Positions 38,552-48,431 of a stretch of DNA of 64,000 nt are shown piece after piece. The position numbers and the translations under genes were made by a program. Positions within the stretch are counted from its first letter, which is position 1. Each line of letters begins with the position of its first letter. The stretch is taken from the IMG/VR virus record IMGVR_UViG_3300029258_004576, one strand, 5' to 3'. This DNA is from a virus. The notes beneath the pieces are model-generated. The model searched no databases. It saw only the letters and a program-made list of their open reading frames with translations, and was not told the origin of the DNA.

Positions 38552-40696
38552 TTAACTATTGTTGATTTTTTGTTGGAATCTCAAACGAACGAATTCTCCA
38601 GGCTTATTTGGAGCAATGTAGTAATCAGCTGTGATCAACCCAGCATCTATCGCGCTCTGTGGATTGTTGTCACTATCACATTTGATAAACCACGCCTCAG
38701 AAGGGGTCGCACCAGCCAGGTAATTGTCTTCAAAAATGTTGTTAAAGAAGCCATTTCCTTGAGTAATGATCCTCTTCCACAGCCCTGGCCCGTTGTTCTC
38801 AAACGGAATCCAAAACGATGCATTGTAAATGCTCTGCTCGCAGAACATGAACAACCTACGCACAGGAACGTAAACCCACTCGGCATCCCTGGACAGCGTT
38901 CTCGTACCCCATACCGCCCGTCCTGTTTGTGGAGATGACGCCAACGGATTGATCCTCGCTGGATACAGCAAGTCTCGATCTCCCTTGTTCAGAACCCTCT
39001 CGATACCCACTGCGCCGTTGATTTTCCCATCCACGAGCCCAGCTGGAGCCTTGCCCACATTGCGATTGGTATCCGTTCTCGAAAAGACGCCCGCAACAAA
39101 ACCATCCGGTGGAACGGTAACACTCCGACCATCGTTGGTGATTGGATCGTAAATCTTGACCCAAGGGTAATAGAACCCAGCGTATGACGTATTGAAAGCA
39201 GCCGTGTTACGGACATACTTGATCGCATCAGCTGGAGCCACGCCAATCGATGAAGTCAACAGAACAAAAACGTTCATCCTGTTTTCAGCATACGAGATGC
39301 AGTCATTACTAACCGTCAAATCTCCGGCGAAATCAGGCATCGAAAGATTCAAGATCTCCTCTATGTCGTCAAACGCATAGATTCCTTCTTTGTCCGCCTG
39401 CAACGCTGGATCCGAGACGTCGCCACGAGTCAGAGGGCCAGTCCCATCTGCACCACTGGTAAGCTGGCTGCACACCTCAGAGCTGACTGCCTCTTGGTAA
39501 TACGTCGCCAGGACTTGAACTCCATCCGCTGGAGCAACAGCGTAGGTGATCGTGTAAGCACCGGTTGTGTAGTTGATGGTACCAGACGTCACGCCTGTTC
39601 CTGTGAGATTCCCACTTCCGTCATCCGTGGCAGTTATCGCAGCCGCAACTATCGACAACGTACTGAAATGAACAACAGGATCTCTCAGCGTACCTGAAAA
39701 AGTCACCTCTGCTGCATCGCCTTCTCCCAGCCATTCGGCCAGCTTTTGATTGGCAACCAGACCATGAGGAATTCCGTACGCTGCTCCCGCTGTAACCTCG
39801 CAGAAATCAGTATCCTCGTTCACGACATCAGATATGAAATGCTCATCTGTGTCGTCGTCCATCACAACCGCTTCGAAGGATTCCAGATCTTCCCAATCAG
39901 CCGCTCCTACCGCTGACTCCTCCTGTGTCGTGACGTCAAACTTCGTGAACCCACCGTATGTATCCTGATAATCGTTGTTACCAGCGATGCACATCCTGAG
40001 CTGATTGTAGTAAGCACCCTTCCAAGGGGAAGCCAATGTCCACTCAACAGCCGCCTTACCCGCGTACGAGTACGTCTTGCTGGCAGAAACATCCAACCCA
40101 AGTATCTCCGCAGTGGCATCGTCCGACGTTGCTTCTTCAAACAAGATCGTGCCAGTCCCCGGAGTGTCGTGAGTTATTTCCATGCGGTTATTGGCACCGA
40201 CCGAACATGATATTCCTGCCACCGCATCGATAGCCGCTGCTATCTCCGTGGGGGTCGTCGCTGATGGAGTAGCACCAACACAATCTACCTGCACTGCCGC
40301 CCCTCCATCGATCTTTATGGCGATGTCGGTAACAGTACTGAGATCCACCGTCGCAGCCAACGTACGACCGTAGAATGCCGCTGCAACAGCAGCACTACTG
40401 AAAGGTGCAGCATTGGAGCCAACAACAGCGTCAGAGGGAACAACCCTCGACACATATGCTCTCGCTCCCTGGTTCTGAAAAAACGCAGCCATCACGAACG
40501 GAATATAACTATTCCGCCAATATGTGCCGAACTTCTCAACAAACGCGTCAAAACCCGAAATGAGAATCGGCTCGTTCTCCGGACCCTTTCGAAGCCATCC
40601 GCATGTTGCATAAGTCGATGTCGACACACCAGCAATAGCCCCGGCGCTCGCTGACCTCTCCTGCCTAAATAGTCCAGGACTTAGGTACTCACCCAT
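38552..40696 (-). CDS. gp18: Contractile tail sheath protein
   Basis: EYLSPGLF, FFQNQGARAYVSRV, YYPWVKI, VPPDGFVAGVF, KAPAG, VWGTRTLS...YVPVRRL, P.KPGEFV. Confidence 0.97.
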   Translation of the reverse strand: MGEYLSPGLFRQERSASAGAIAGVSTSTYATCGWLRKGPENEPILISGFDAFVEKFGTYWRNSYIPFVMAAFFQNQGARAYVSRVVPSDAVVGSNAAPFSSAAVAAAFYGRTLAATVDLSTVTDIAIKIDGGAAVQVDCVGATPSATTPTEIAAAIDAVAGISCSVGANNRMEITHDTPGTGTILFEEATSDDATAEILGLDVSASKTYSYAGKAAVEWTLASPWKGAYYNQLRMCIAGNNDYQDTYGGFTKFDVTTQEESAVGAADWEDLESFEAVVMDDDTDEHFISDVVNEDTDFCEVTAGAAYGIPHGLVANQKLAEWLGEGDAAEVTFSGTLRDPVVHFSTLSIVAAAITATDDGSGNLTGTGVTSGTINYTTGAYTITYAVAPADGVQVLATYYQEAVSSEVCSQLTSGADGTGPLTRGDVSDPALQADKEGIYAFDDIEEILNLSMPDFAGDLTVSNDCISYAENRMNVFVLLTSSIGVAPADAIKYVRNTAAFNTSYAGFYYPWVKIYDPITNDGRSVTVPPDGFVAGVFSRTDTNRNVGKAPAGLVDGKINGAVGIERVLNKGDRDLLYPARINPLASSPQTGRAVWGTRTLSRDAEWVYVPVRRLFMFCEQSIYNASFWIPFENNGPGLWKRIITQGNGFFNNIFEDNYLAGATPSEAWFIKCDSDNNPQSAIDAGLITADYYIAPNKPGEFVRLRFQQKINNS

Positions 40697-40726
40697 TTGT
40701 TCGTCCTCCCTTTCTCAAGCTCCGGG

Positions 40727-41170
40727 TTATTCTCCCGTAATGCCTTTTTTGTTCTTCGTCTTACTTCCGATAGAACGTTTTTTCTTATCTTTCCCTTTGG
40801 CAGACTCTTTATCGTCCTTGGAATCAATATCTTTTGATTCCACCATTTTAGACGAACTTGTCAATGTATCGTCTACTTTTTCAACTTTGGACATGTCTGC
40901 TTCAAGTTCAACTTTCGGCTCATCTTTTGGTTGAACAATAGGTTCAACCTTTGACTCCAACTTATCTTTCGGAGGTGCCTTGTCTTCCACTGGGATAACA
41001 ATAACCTCCTCGATAAATTCCAGCTGACCCATCCTCACCTTCGTCAACAAATCAGGAGAATTCAGATCGTCCCCATCAACATTGAAGTAACCTTTTGCCC
41101 CAACTGAAATACTCCCGGATTTCAGACCAACAGACAAAGGCCCTTTGATTTTGTTCCTGTACCGTTTCAT
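40727..41170 (-). CDS. Hypothetical protein with charged low-complexity tail
   Basis: Start MKRYR chosen from the GAGGTGGAG RBS. Confidence 0.6.
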   Translation of the reverse strand: MKRYRNKIKGPLSVGLKSGSISVGAKGYFNVDGDDLNSPDLLTKVRMGQLEFIEEVIVIPVEDKAPPKDKLESKVEPIVQPKDEPKVELEADMSKVEKVDDTLTSSSKMVESKDIDSKDDKESAKGKDKKKRSIGSKTKNKKGITGE

Positions 41171-41183
41171 GACTCCACCTCTC

Positions 41184-41927
41184 TCATGATAGATCTTCTT
41201 TATCATGTACAGACAAGTCAGGCTCAGATGTCACCGCCTGCGTAACTGCTGGATCTTCCAAGTCTAATTCCGCCTGTACCCTCAATGATAACGCAAAAAT
41301 AATAATCCTATCTCTAATATCTGCTGCGACACTAACGTCGCTCGGCCCCTCTCCAAATACCCAATATTTCCGCTCTCTCCCCAAAGAATCATCTACCCTC
41401 AATTTCCCATGAGGAATGAAAATCTTCATGCAATGATGCAACAATATGTGAGCCTTCGTTCGCGCTCCTTTACCAGCCGCTTCTGCCGTCAGAGTATATG
41501 GTATGTCGTAAGGCGTACTGCCCTCTTGCGACTCATACTTCGCATACCCAGTTAACGTCCGATTTCTGTACTGCACATTGATTGGACTATACCCCGGAGC
41601 TGGTCTGCGATATTTGTAATGCTTGCTCATCCAACGTTCTAACGCTGGGCTCGGATCTTCACGTCGCAACCGAATACAAGGTAAAGTATATCGCTGTACA
41701 GCACTCGATGGATTGCCGTATATCAACGGAATGCCAGGCATTGGCTGACCTACCTCACTGGCATCCCCGTAAAACTCTGTAAACAACGGAGGATTCACCC
41801 CAGGAACCTTCGTCAAAGGCAAATAAAAACGTTGACCTATATCAACACAACCCAGCGTCCTCACCATACCCATATCAAACTCTCGAAGGAAGACGTCACC
41901 AATCTGCTTGTTCCGGATCATCGACAT
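41184..41927 (-). CDS. Putative tail terminator (gp15 / Afp16-like)
   Basis: Position upstream of the sheath; TLPCIRL and PYDIPYTL...LSLRVQAEL pattern. Confidence 0.55.
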   Translation of the reverse strand: MSMIRNKQIGDVFLREFDMGMVRTLGCVDIGQRFYLPLTKVPGVNPPLFTEFYGDASEVGQPMPGIPLIYGNPSSAVQRYTLPCIRLRREDPSPALERWMSKHYKYRRPAPGYSPINVQYRNRTLTGYAKYESQEGSTPYDIPYTLTAEAAGKGARTKAHILLHHCMKIFIPHGKLRVDDSLGRERKYWVFGEGPSDVSVAADIRDRIIIFALSLRVQAELDLEDPAVTQAVTSEPDLSVHDKEDLS

Positions 41928-42745
41928 TAGCCACCTACCCGTTTTTGAAATTCTCCAGCCTCTGCCATGAAATCCTTTACCTTCATTTTATCGTTGTCTG
42001 CATCCTTTGCAAAAGTATGATCTCGGAACAAATCATCATGCAACGCCTTCCGTATTGTATCGTCTTTCTCGATAACACGGATAACATTCGCATGAACCCA
42101 TTTGGCCGCTGGTTTCCAATGTGCTTTCGACTCCATGTTTATTCCAAACTCAGCTCGTATAGCCAAGGACATGAAATCTGGCATCGACTCCAACTGATCC
42201 GCAGAAGTCTCCTCGTCAATCACGGTACCCCAACTGATCCCATAACGTCTGAATATATGTCGATTTCTACTGATTAAATTCAGTACGTTCCTTTTCGCCC
42301 AAGCAACCTCATCCTCCGTCACTATGCGATGTACAATACTCACATCGTTTTTAGGTACACCATGAGGCACCATACTCAACGGCCAAGGATTACCGTGGGA
42401 CAACAAAGCCACAACATCAGATGTCATCTCCCCCTGGCTTGGATGAAAGTAGACTACCGTCTTACTCTCAAGACCCTCTCGTGCTTCTCCAAGCTTGATC
42501 TTGGTCCTGTCAGATACCACGGCAAAAACATTCACATCCTTGGTACCTATCAATTCAACAACTTTTAAAGTTTTCAAATACTGAACAAACTCATCATCTG
42601 TAGGAGCGGTCTCTTTCAACCTCTCCAAAAACGCCTCTGCAAGATCTCTGCTAATTCGCCTTCTGACGTATTGCACACGCCGATCATAGCCCCCCAATAA
42701 ATGAATCAACTGCTTCCACGGGCCAGACGTTTTAACCTTAAACAA
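41927..42745 (-). CDS. Putative neck / tail completion protein
   Basis: Operon position; AEFGI...AHWKPA C-terminal motif. Confidence 0.45.
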   Translation of the reverse strand: MFKVKTSGPWKQLIHLLGGYDRRVQYVRRRISRDLAEAFLERLKETAPTDDEFVQYLKTLKVVELIGTKDVNVFAVVSDRTKIKLGEAREGLESKTVVYFHPSQGEMTSDVVALLSHGNPWPLSMVPHGVPKNDVSIVHRIVTEDEVAWAKRNVLNLISRNRHIFRRYGISWGTVIDEETSADQLESMPDFMSLAIRAEFGINMESKAHWKPAAKWVHANVIRVIEKDDTIRKALHDDLFRDHTFAKDADNDKMKVKDFMAEAGEFQKRVGG

Positions 42746-42746
42746 A

Positions 42747-43157
42747 CTACGCTCCCATTATACCAAATATGATGTTGGCATTACCAGATGCTCCAGCCGG
42801 AGTGACGTACACATGATCAAAGTCACCCTCCAGATACAACACCCCCGGTTTTTCCTCTGCATCAGCATCGGATATAGGCTTGACAGTTATCCCCGTGTCC
42901 CCCGTCAATGCCAGCTTGACCAATATTTCTGTGTCCGTCTCAATATACAACACCCGCCCAGCAGCTATCTCCTGATTCGACATCAAATCCTTGTCTGTTG
43001 TCGGAATAGGAATGACCAATTTCGACAACCCCGCTTCGTTCAACGCCGCCACCGCGTTAAATTTGGTTTCCCGATCACCTCTGCGAAACACCAAAATCTG
43101 TCCGCTCGCATCTTGAGCAGCTTGTAATCGAACTTGTCTGGTCATATAGATCGTCAC
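42747..43157 (-). CDS. Hypothetical structural protein
   Basis: 136 aa, beta-rich, coupled to its neighbours. Confidence 0.55.
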   Translation of the reverse strand: MTIYMTRQVRLQAAQDASGQILVFRRGDRETKFNAVAALNEAGLSKLVIPIPTTDKDLMSNQEIAAGRVLYIETDTEILVKLALTGDTGITVKPISDADAEEKPGVLYLEGDFDHVYVTPAGASGNANIIFGIMGA

Positions 43158-43561
43158 TATCTCGCCTCATACTTTCTCGATTCCAACCCCTTGCCAGGAA
43201 GGAATACAATCTTCTCTCCAGCCTCGCGCACAGCAAGCTGCTTCACCTCGTTTTCAAAACAATGGTTACAACAACCTATCTTCTGCGCTCCACCCACCTT
43301 GGCCACCAAAACCTTTTCAGGCTTCGACTTCCCACAGATGTAGCAGTACTTATCCAAATACCCTTTCAGTGGTCCTTCATACTCATCGAAATCGTCTCCA
43401 CTCACCGGACTCCCACACGTCCCTGTAGCATCGCAAACTTGATCCCCCTCAACATCCACCAAGCCCATATCCTCACCTCGATACCACCTCTCACACATCC
43501 TACAAATAAATGCGACGTTCTTAATCTCTGCCTCTATCATTCTCTTTGGATCCAACATCAA
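43157..43561 (-). CDS. Cys-rich zinc-binding protein
   Basis: CRMC, CDATGTC, CYIC and CCNHC. Confidence 0.65.
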   Translation of the reverse strand: MMLDPKRMIEAEIKNVAFICRMCERWYRGEDMGLVDVEGDQVCDATGTCGSPVSGDDFDEYEGPLKGYLDKYCYICGKSKPEKVLVAKVGGAQKIGCCNHCFENEVKQLAVREAGEKIVFLPGKGLESRKYEAR

Positions 43562-43592
43562 TTATCCCCTGTCCTATCTGAAATTTGACACC

Positions 43593-44357
43593 TCAACCAC
43601 CTGTCAACGAACTAGTTTCTACACCCGCCTTGGCCAACTTGTTCAAATGAGCCAGCGCTTGCCGGTAATTTCGAAAACTCTTTCCACCAATTTCATTATC
43701 CTGACTGTCATAATATCCAACAACATACTCACCCCGCTCAAAATCACCCCGCCCCCCTGGTCCCGTGGAAAAAGGACCATCTAACTCAGCAAATGAAATA
43801 ATTTTGCCCTTGGACTTAGGCTTCGACTCATGAAGATCGTTTGTCGATTCACTCATGGATTTTATCCCCTTGGCAATACTCTTCGCCAACACACTTGCCA
43901 ACGGCAACAACCTCTCAAATTGCACATCGTCTTTCAGATCAACCCACAGTTGAGGCCAATCTGACTTAAGCATGGACACTTTGGCTTTTCCGTATTTGCC
44001 AAACTTCCCCTCAACCTTTCCCATCCCTTCATAGGCACCATCCATCACATATATCGAGTAATCACGATCTGAGATAGGAGTTTGTAACTGCACAGAAAAA
44101 TTGCTTTTACCATTGGGAAATTCTTGAACCGATACATGAAATGGATAGCGCTTTCCACCGATAGTCAAAATCATCGGAGTCAAACCCCACGCATTTGTCG
44201 GTAAAACGTCACTGACCTTGATATTGTCCTTCTTGAATTGCTTCACCATCAAACCAGCCATACGTTTACTGGCACCCACAGGATCCTTGCCAGAAACCTT
44301 CTTGGCGTACTCCTCCGAAAGCGCTGACAACCGACTATTCACTTTAGACAAATTCAT
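43593..44357 (-). CDS. Putative internal head cargo protein (two modules)
   Basis: Basic orphan with LSE-E near the N-terminus and an internal NDLHE-S site. Confidence 0.55.
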   Translation of the reverse strand: MNLSKVNSRLSALSEEYAKKVSGKDPVGASKRMAGLMVKQFKKDNIKVSDVLPTNAWGLTPMILTIGGKRYPFHVSVQEFPNGKSNFSVQLQTPISDRDYSIYVMDGAYEGMGKVEGKFGKYGKAKVSMLKSDWPQLWVDLKDDVQFERLLPLASVLAKSIAKGIKSMSESTNDLHESKPKSKGKIISFAELDGPFSTGPGGRGDFERGEYVVGYYDSQDNEIGGKSFRNYRQALAHLNKLAKAGVETSSLTGG

Positions 44358-44366
44358 GCAATTCTC

Positions 44367-44831
44367 CTAAATCAGCTTGAACATCTCACGCCGAATTTTC
44401 GACGCTTCTGCCCTGATTCCATATCGTTTGATTCTCGATGTCTGCCGTTGCCAAACATGCTCGTTCCTCGGCATGTACAACTTCTTCACCCACTTTTTGC
44501 CAAGCTTCACAGCTTCCCTCGGAGTTAAATCTGGATTGGCATGCATCAAAGACACTAAGATCATCGACAAAATCCAGTCGTCCATGTTGTCAAATTCCGT
44601 GATAACCTTCTTATCTTCACCTGGCAGAGCTGGGACTGGTTGTTCTGTGCCATCGTCACGCCCCTTCATCGCCCCGTCAACGCCCGAATACCCTCTCCCT
44701 TTGTACCCGGACTTGTCAGCCCTCTTCGGCCTACGTGGGCCTTCCTGGCGACCCCTGATTACGGGTTTCTTCCTCTCCGTAAACACAGACCCAAGCATAT
44801 CCAAAGCTTTTTCGCGTTTTTCCATTACCAC
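44367..44831 (-). CDS. Hypothetical basic protein
   Basis: 154 aa with RBS; VFTE-R and ITE-F candidate cleavage sites. Confidence 0.55.
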   Translation of the reverse strand: MVMEKREKALDMLGSVFTERKKPVIRGRQEGPRRPKRADKSGYKGRGYSGVDGAMKGRDDGTEQPVPALPGEDKKVITEFDNMDDWILSMILVSLMHANPDLTPREAVKLGKKWVKKLYMPRNEHVWQRQTSRIKRYGIRAEASKIRREMFKLI

Positions 44832-45295
44832 AATCCTTCAGGTGGCCCCTTGGTTCGACGTGTTACATCAAATTTGACCAAAGAATTTTCCGTAGAGTCA
44901 CTAATGTAACCCTCCTCCTTGTGAGCTTCCGTTACGTCGTAATACTGGTCCGTCCATACCTTTATGATGTCTCCAGGTCGCAAAATACGAAGATCTCTGC
45001 TCGCCAGATCTGCTCGTGCTATGGAAATCTCAGACAACCTGTCTACCCGGAAACCTTCCTCCCCTGTCAACGAAGACCGATCTGGAGCCTTGAAAAACAC
45101 AGGACATTCTATTCCCTCTACCCCCTGTGCATTCTTCTTATAAACCGTAGTAATCTCCTCATCCCACAGCACATCTCTCGTGCTCTCCATTGACTCAAAC
45201 TGATAGATGACCGCAGTAGTGCCCGCCAACTTGTTGACTTCTTGAGCCACACTATCAAACAGGCACTTGTCGCAATCACCTATCAAAGTTCCCAT
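44825..45295 (-). CDS. Head completion / neck protein (T4 gp14-like)
   Basis: EVNKLAGTTAVIY...LWDEE, GEEGF, LRPGDII...YYDV pattern. Confidence 0.65.
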   Translation of the reverse strand: MGTLIGDCDKCLFDSVAQEVNKLAGTTAVIYQFESMESTRDVLWDEEITTVYKKNAQGVEGIECPVFFKAPDRSSLTGEEGFRVDRLSEISIARADLASRDLRILRPGDIIKVWTDQYYDVTEAHKEEGYISDSTENSLVKFDVTRRTKGPPEGLW

Positions 45296-45304
45296 GTCGG
45301 CTCC

Positions 45305-45802
45305 CTACCCCAACTTCCTTGCCGGACGTTTTGTTTTTGTCGAAATACGCGTGATCTTCGTTACATAATGATCAGCAACATATTTCGACAACCAATCCCT
45401 CGCAACCTTCTTCACCTCGCGCACCGTCTTGGCATAAGCACTAAACATGTTTTTCTGTGAATTCTGACGATCAAAAACTACCAACGATATTGGACTTCCC
45501 TTTGGCGCAAAAGCACTACCAAAGTGAGAATAAAAATTGATGAAAATATCTTGTTCTTTTCCATCACGATGAACTAACCGGATAACACTCCACTGCTCGC
45601 CAGCATTTTTTCCTTTGGTCCAAGTTAAAATTTTTGAAACAGCTGATTTTACATCAGATATATGGTGTGTTTTCCTATCTCTGTAATCTTGACGTCTGGA
45701 ATGAAACGTACGCCCAACAGCTTTGGACAACAGCGGTATATCAATATCCATCGATTTTCCAGCTTCGGATAAATACTCGCGTTTCCTCAAGTTAACCATC
45801 AC
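45305..45802 (-). CDS. Putative internal head cargo protein with LRxRxYLxE leader
   Basis: Starts MVNLRKREYLSE-A. Confidence 0.7.
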   Translation of the reverse strand: MMVNLRKREYLSEAGKSMDIDIPLLSKAVGRTFHSRRQDYRDRKTHHISDVKSAVSKILTWTKGKNAGEQWSVIRLVHRDGKEQDIFINFYSHFGSAFAPKGSPISLVVFDRQNSQKNMFSAYAKTVREVKKVARDWLSKYVADHYVTKITRISTKTKRPARKLG

Positions 45803-45822
45803 ACCTCCCTTATCAACAACGA

Positions 45823-46101
45823 CTAATACGCCCTGTATTTCATAATCAAATCTACAATTTTCCCAGAAAAAGCTTCGGTATTCATGAGTCTTTCAATATT
45901 AGCCAAAACCAAACTACTCGTGCTCATATTTACATTGTTGGCCAATAATGCTCTACGCATTCCACCTCTCGCAGCAACAAGAAGCATATTAGCAACAGCT
46001 TCAACACGATCCTCTGTATCAGCATCCGGAGATAAATTAACTTGATACTGTTTGATCCCGCCAGATTCTTCCAGTTTATTTCCCCAAATCGATTTACTCA
46101 T
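45823..46101 (-). CDS. Small orphan in the cargo cluster
   Basis: MSKSIWGNKLEE-S: L-x-E within the first 12 residues. Confidence 0.55.
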   Translation of the reverse strand: MSKSIWGNKLEESGGIKQYQVNLSPDADTEDRVEAVANMLLVAARGGMRRALLANNVNMSTSSLVLANIERLMNTEAFSGKIVDLIMKYRAY

Positions 46102-46109
46102 AGTATCTC

Positions 46110-46616
46110 CTAACCGGCTCCCATAGCCTTGTTTTTGAGCTGCTGCTGACGTTGTGCCTGTCTCTTCTGGATGCCCATAATGTAATTGTAAGCCTTCTCC
46201 TTCTTTTTGAGAACACTGTTAGGCTCACTTGTATGCTTCCTGTTTCGCTTCTTGCCCTTGCCGGTCAAGCTGAAACCACCACTGGGCTGACCTTGAGCAT
46301 ACTTGTGCTTCTTCAACATATACTGAGCAATCAACTGACCGCCCTTTGCAGCACCACGAAAACTCGACCCATCCTTCCTCAATTTTTGAAAAATAGCCCT
46401 GACTGCATGTTTGTAAAACACACTCTGCTTGGAAGGACGAGGTGTATGAGCGGCCACCGTCTGACGTCTGTTACGCTGTGCCTTCTGGTAAGGAGTCAAC
46501 TTCGACTTTCGCGCTTCTTCCAGATACTCCACCTCAACCAGCTCGTTCGTCAAGAACTCCAACATGGCCAGCGATTCAGTAAGCGAAAATCTCATCCCAC
46601 TACTACCTCCGATCAT
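46110..46616 (-). CDS. Basic orphan with acidic propeptide
   Basis: VEVEYLEE-ARKSK followed by a highly basic domain; similar to 55015..55440 (KH.Y/F...T.KGK). Confidence 0.65.
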   Translation of the reverse strand: MIGGSSGMRFSLTESLAMLEFLTNELVEVEYLEEARKSKLTPYQKAQRNRRQTVAAHTPRPSKQSVFYKHAVRAIFQKLRKDGSSFRGAAKGGQLIAQYMLKKHKYAQGQPSGGFSLTGKGKKRNRKHTSEPNSVLKKKEKAYNYIMGIQKRQAQRQQQLKNKAMGAG

Positions 46617-47355
46617 TCAACTCACGCATGACCCATTTGGTTATAAGCCTGTCACCCGCCGTGGCACCAAACAGCTTTTCTACTTTGTCGTTTTTCCCAT
46701 CTTTGCCAATTATAATCTGGACATGCTCTCGTGTAGCGCCAGTTCTAGAATTAGGCTTAACCTTGTGATCCATTTTTATAACAAAAGGACCCACCCCTTT
46801 CATCTCTCCAGCCATCTCGATACTACCGTCTTTTTTCAAAACCTTGGACAATACCGAATACACCTTCTTAGCCATCCGACCCTCGATGTAGTCAAACATC
46901 TCCTTCGCATACTTCCAACGATCCGCTCCCCACTCCATCTCGTGCTTCCATGTAGACATGTTCAACTCGAACAAACTCTTCTCCCCAAAAGAAACATCAT
47001 CAATATCACTCCCTGTTTCCACCACATATCCACGATCACGCAAGGAGACACTCTCAGCAACCGTATGAGCATCGTAACCATACCAATGCCCAACTATCCA
47101 AGGATCTACCTTTATACGTACATCCCAACCCTTGTTTATCTCACGCCGTTGTCTGGGTGTAAGATCGTTCAGGAACTGAGTAGCAGGTCCACCCTCTTGG
47201 AAAAACACATTCAAATCACTGCCACCACCATTCTCCCTGCGTACATCAGAAAATGCCTTTGCATATTTCTTACTCACTGGAGAAGCGATAATATTTCCCA
47301 TGGCATCTGTTTTGATGTCGACATTGATTTTCCTTGGCATCCTCATCGGCTTCAC
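46603..47355 (-). CDS. Two-module cargo protein with an internal leader motif
   Basis: Internal VAE-SVSLRDRGYVVE-T at 47017..47043 separates two segments. Confidence 0.65.
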   Translation of the reverse strand: MKPMRMPRKINVDIKTDAMGNIIASPVSKKYAKAFSDVRRENGGGSDLNVFFQEGGPATQFLNDLTPRQRREINKGWDVRIKVDPWIVGHWYGYDAHTVAESVSLRDRGYVVETGSDIDDVSFGEKSLFELNMSTWKHEMEWGADRWKYAKEMFDYIEGRMAKKVYSVLSKVLKKDGSIEMAGEMKGVGPFVIKMDHKVKPNSRTGATREHVQIIIGKDGKNDKVEKLFGATAGDRLITKWVMRELNDRR

Positions 47356-47363
47356 CTCTCCCT

Positions 47364-47969
47364 CTAGTAATACTTATTAGATCTTTCGTTCTTACCTTTG
47401 GGAGTTACTGAAGTAGCCCCAGCTTTGTTCATCTTCATGTATCCCCTTTTAACCAAATTCAAGATCTCATCCTTTGTAACTCGATGACGCTCGAAAAGTT
47501 CCTTCTTGTAGAAAGACTTGTAACAAGCCATCGCAAGGATCTCCCTCTCTCGCTCTGTGACGTCATTCCCACCTGGCAACAAAGGAGCTAACGAATCAGG
47601 ATGAACGTAGATAGATGCAAACACCCCCCTGCCACCTACCTCCCCTGTGATGATTGCACCATTGGCAGCAATTCTCACAGGCTTACGCTGGTGATCTACC
47701 GGCTTTTTCTCAAACGGATTCGGCCCTCCCCATGAACCATACTGAATATCCGACATCTGACCCGTTTTTAGATTTACAGCCATCGCAAACCCACGACTTC
47801 CTTCGAACGATGGTGGACCAATAGTCGTCTCTGTTGCAGAGTAAACACGCACATCTCTTCGTCTGTAGCCAACTTTTTTCAACGCCTTCTGCAAGGCACT
47901 GGGCAACTCATTGAGCCCAACATGAATCTCCTTCGATTCTGTGATGTATCCTCGATGCCTGAGTGTCAT
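47364..47969 (-). CDS. Putative internal head cargo protein; C-terminal winged-helix-like region
   Basis: Starts MTLRHRGYITE-S after an AGGAGG RBS. Confidence 0.7.
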   Translation of the reverse strand: MTLRHRGYITESKEIHVGLNELPSALQKALKKVGYRRRDVRVYSATETTIGPPSFEGSRGFAMAVNLKTGQMSDIQYGSWGGPNPFEKKPVDHQRKPVRIAANGAIITGEVGGRGVFASIYVHPDSLAPLLPGGNDVTEREREILAMACYKSFYKKELFERHRVTKDEILNLVKRGYMKMNKAGATSVTPKGKNERSNKYY

Positions 47970-47978
47970 AATTGCCTC

Positions 47979-48416
47979 CTATATCTTACTGATTCTCGTT
48001 GGTTTAAATTTTATAGCTTTCTTGAGCAACCACTTTTTAGCAACTGCCTTCGCCTGTCTCTCAGTGTGAAATATACCAAGGTCTTCACCAGAATTTGGAA
48101 CACCAGGGTTGTAAACATCTATTACAAAATTTGGCTTATTGGCAACAGGCTCAATATCCTTCTCTCTGATCTGAAGAATATAATCCACACTATTATAATC
48201 CCGTGGGCCTTTTCGGCCCTCTCGCTCCCAATGAATAGCCGCTGTCAAATTAAAAAAAGCATCTCCGTAAGAACTCCACACCAATGCCTTTGATATGGCC
48301 CTCTCTACGTCTGATACCCAAGCTCCTTTTGTCTTCCTGGCCACTCCAGAATCAAAACTGCCAACAATTATCGGCTTCCCGCCCTCGACCAAGTAACCAC
48401 GTTTCCTGAGTCTCAT
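47979..48416 (-). CDS. Putative internal head cargo protein
   Basis: Starts MRLRKRGYLVE-G. Confidence 0.7.
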   Translation of the reverse strand: MRLRKRGYLVEGGKPIIVGSFDSGVARKTKGAWVSDVERAISKALVWSSYGDAFFNLTAAIHWEREGRKGPRDYNSVDYILQIREKDIEPVANKPNFVIDVYNPGVPNSGEDLGIFHTERQAKAVAKKWLLKKAIKFKPTRISKI

Positions 48417-48431
48417 GTGACCTCTTTTTAA

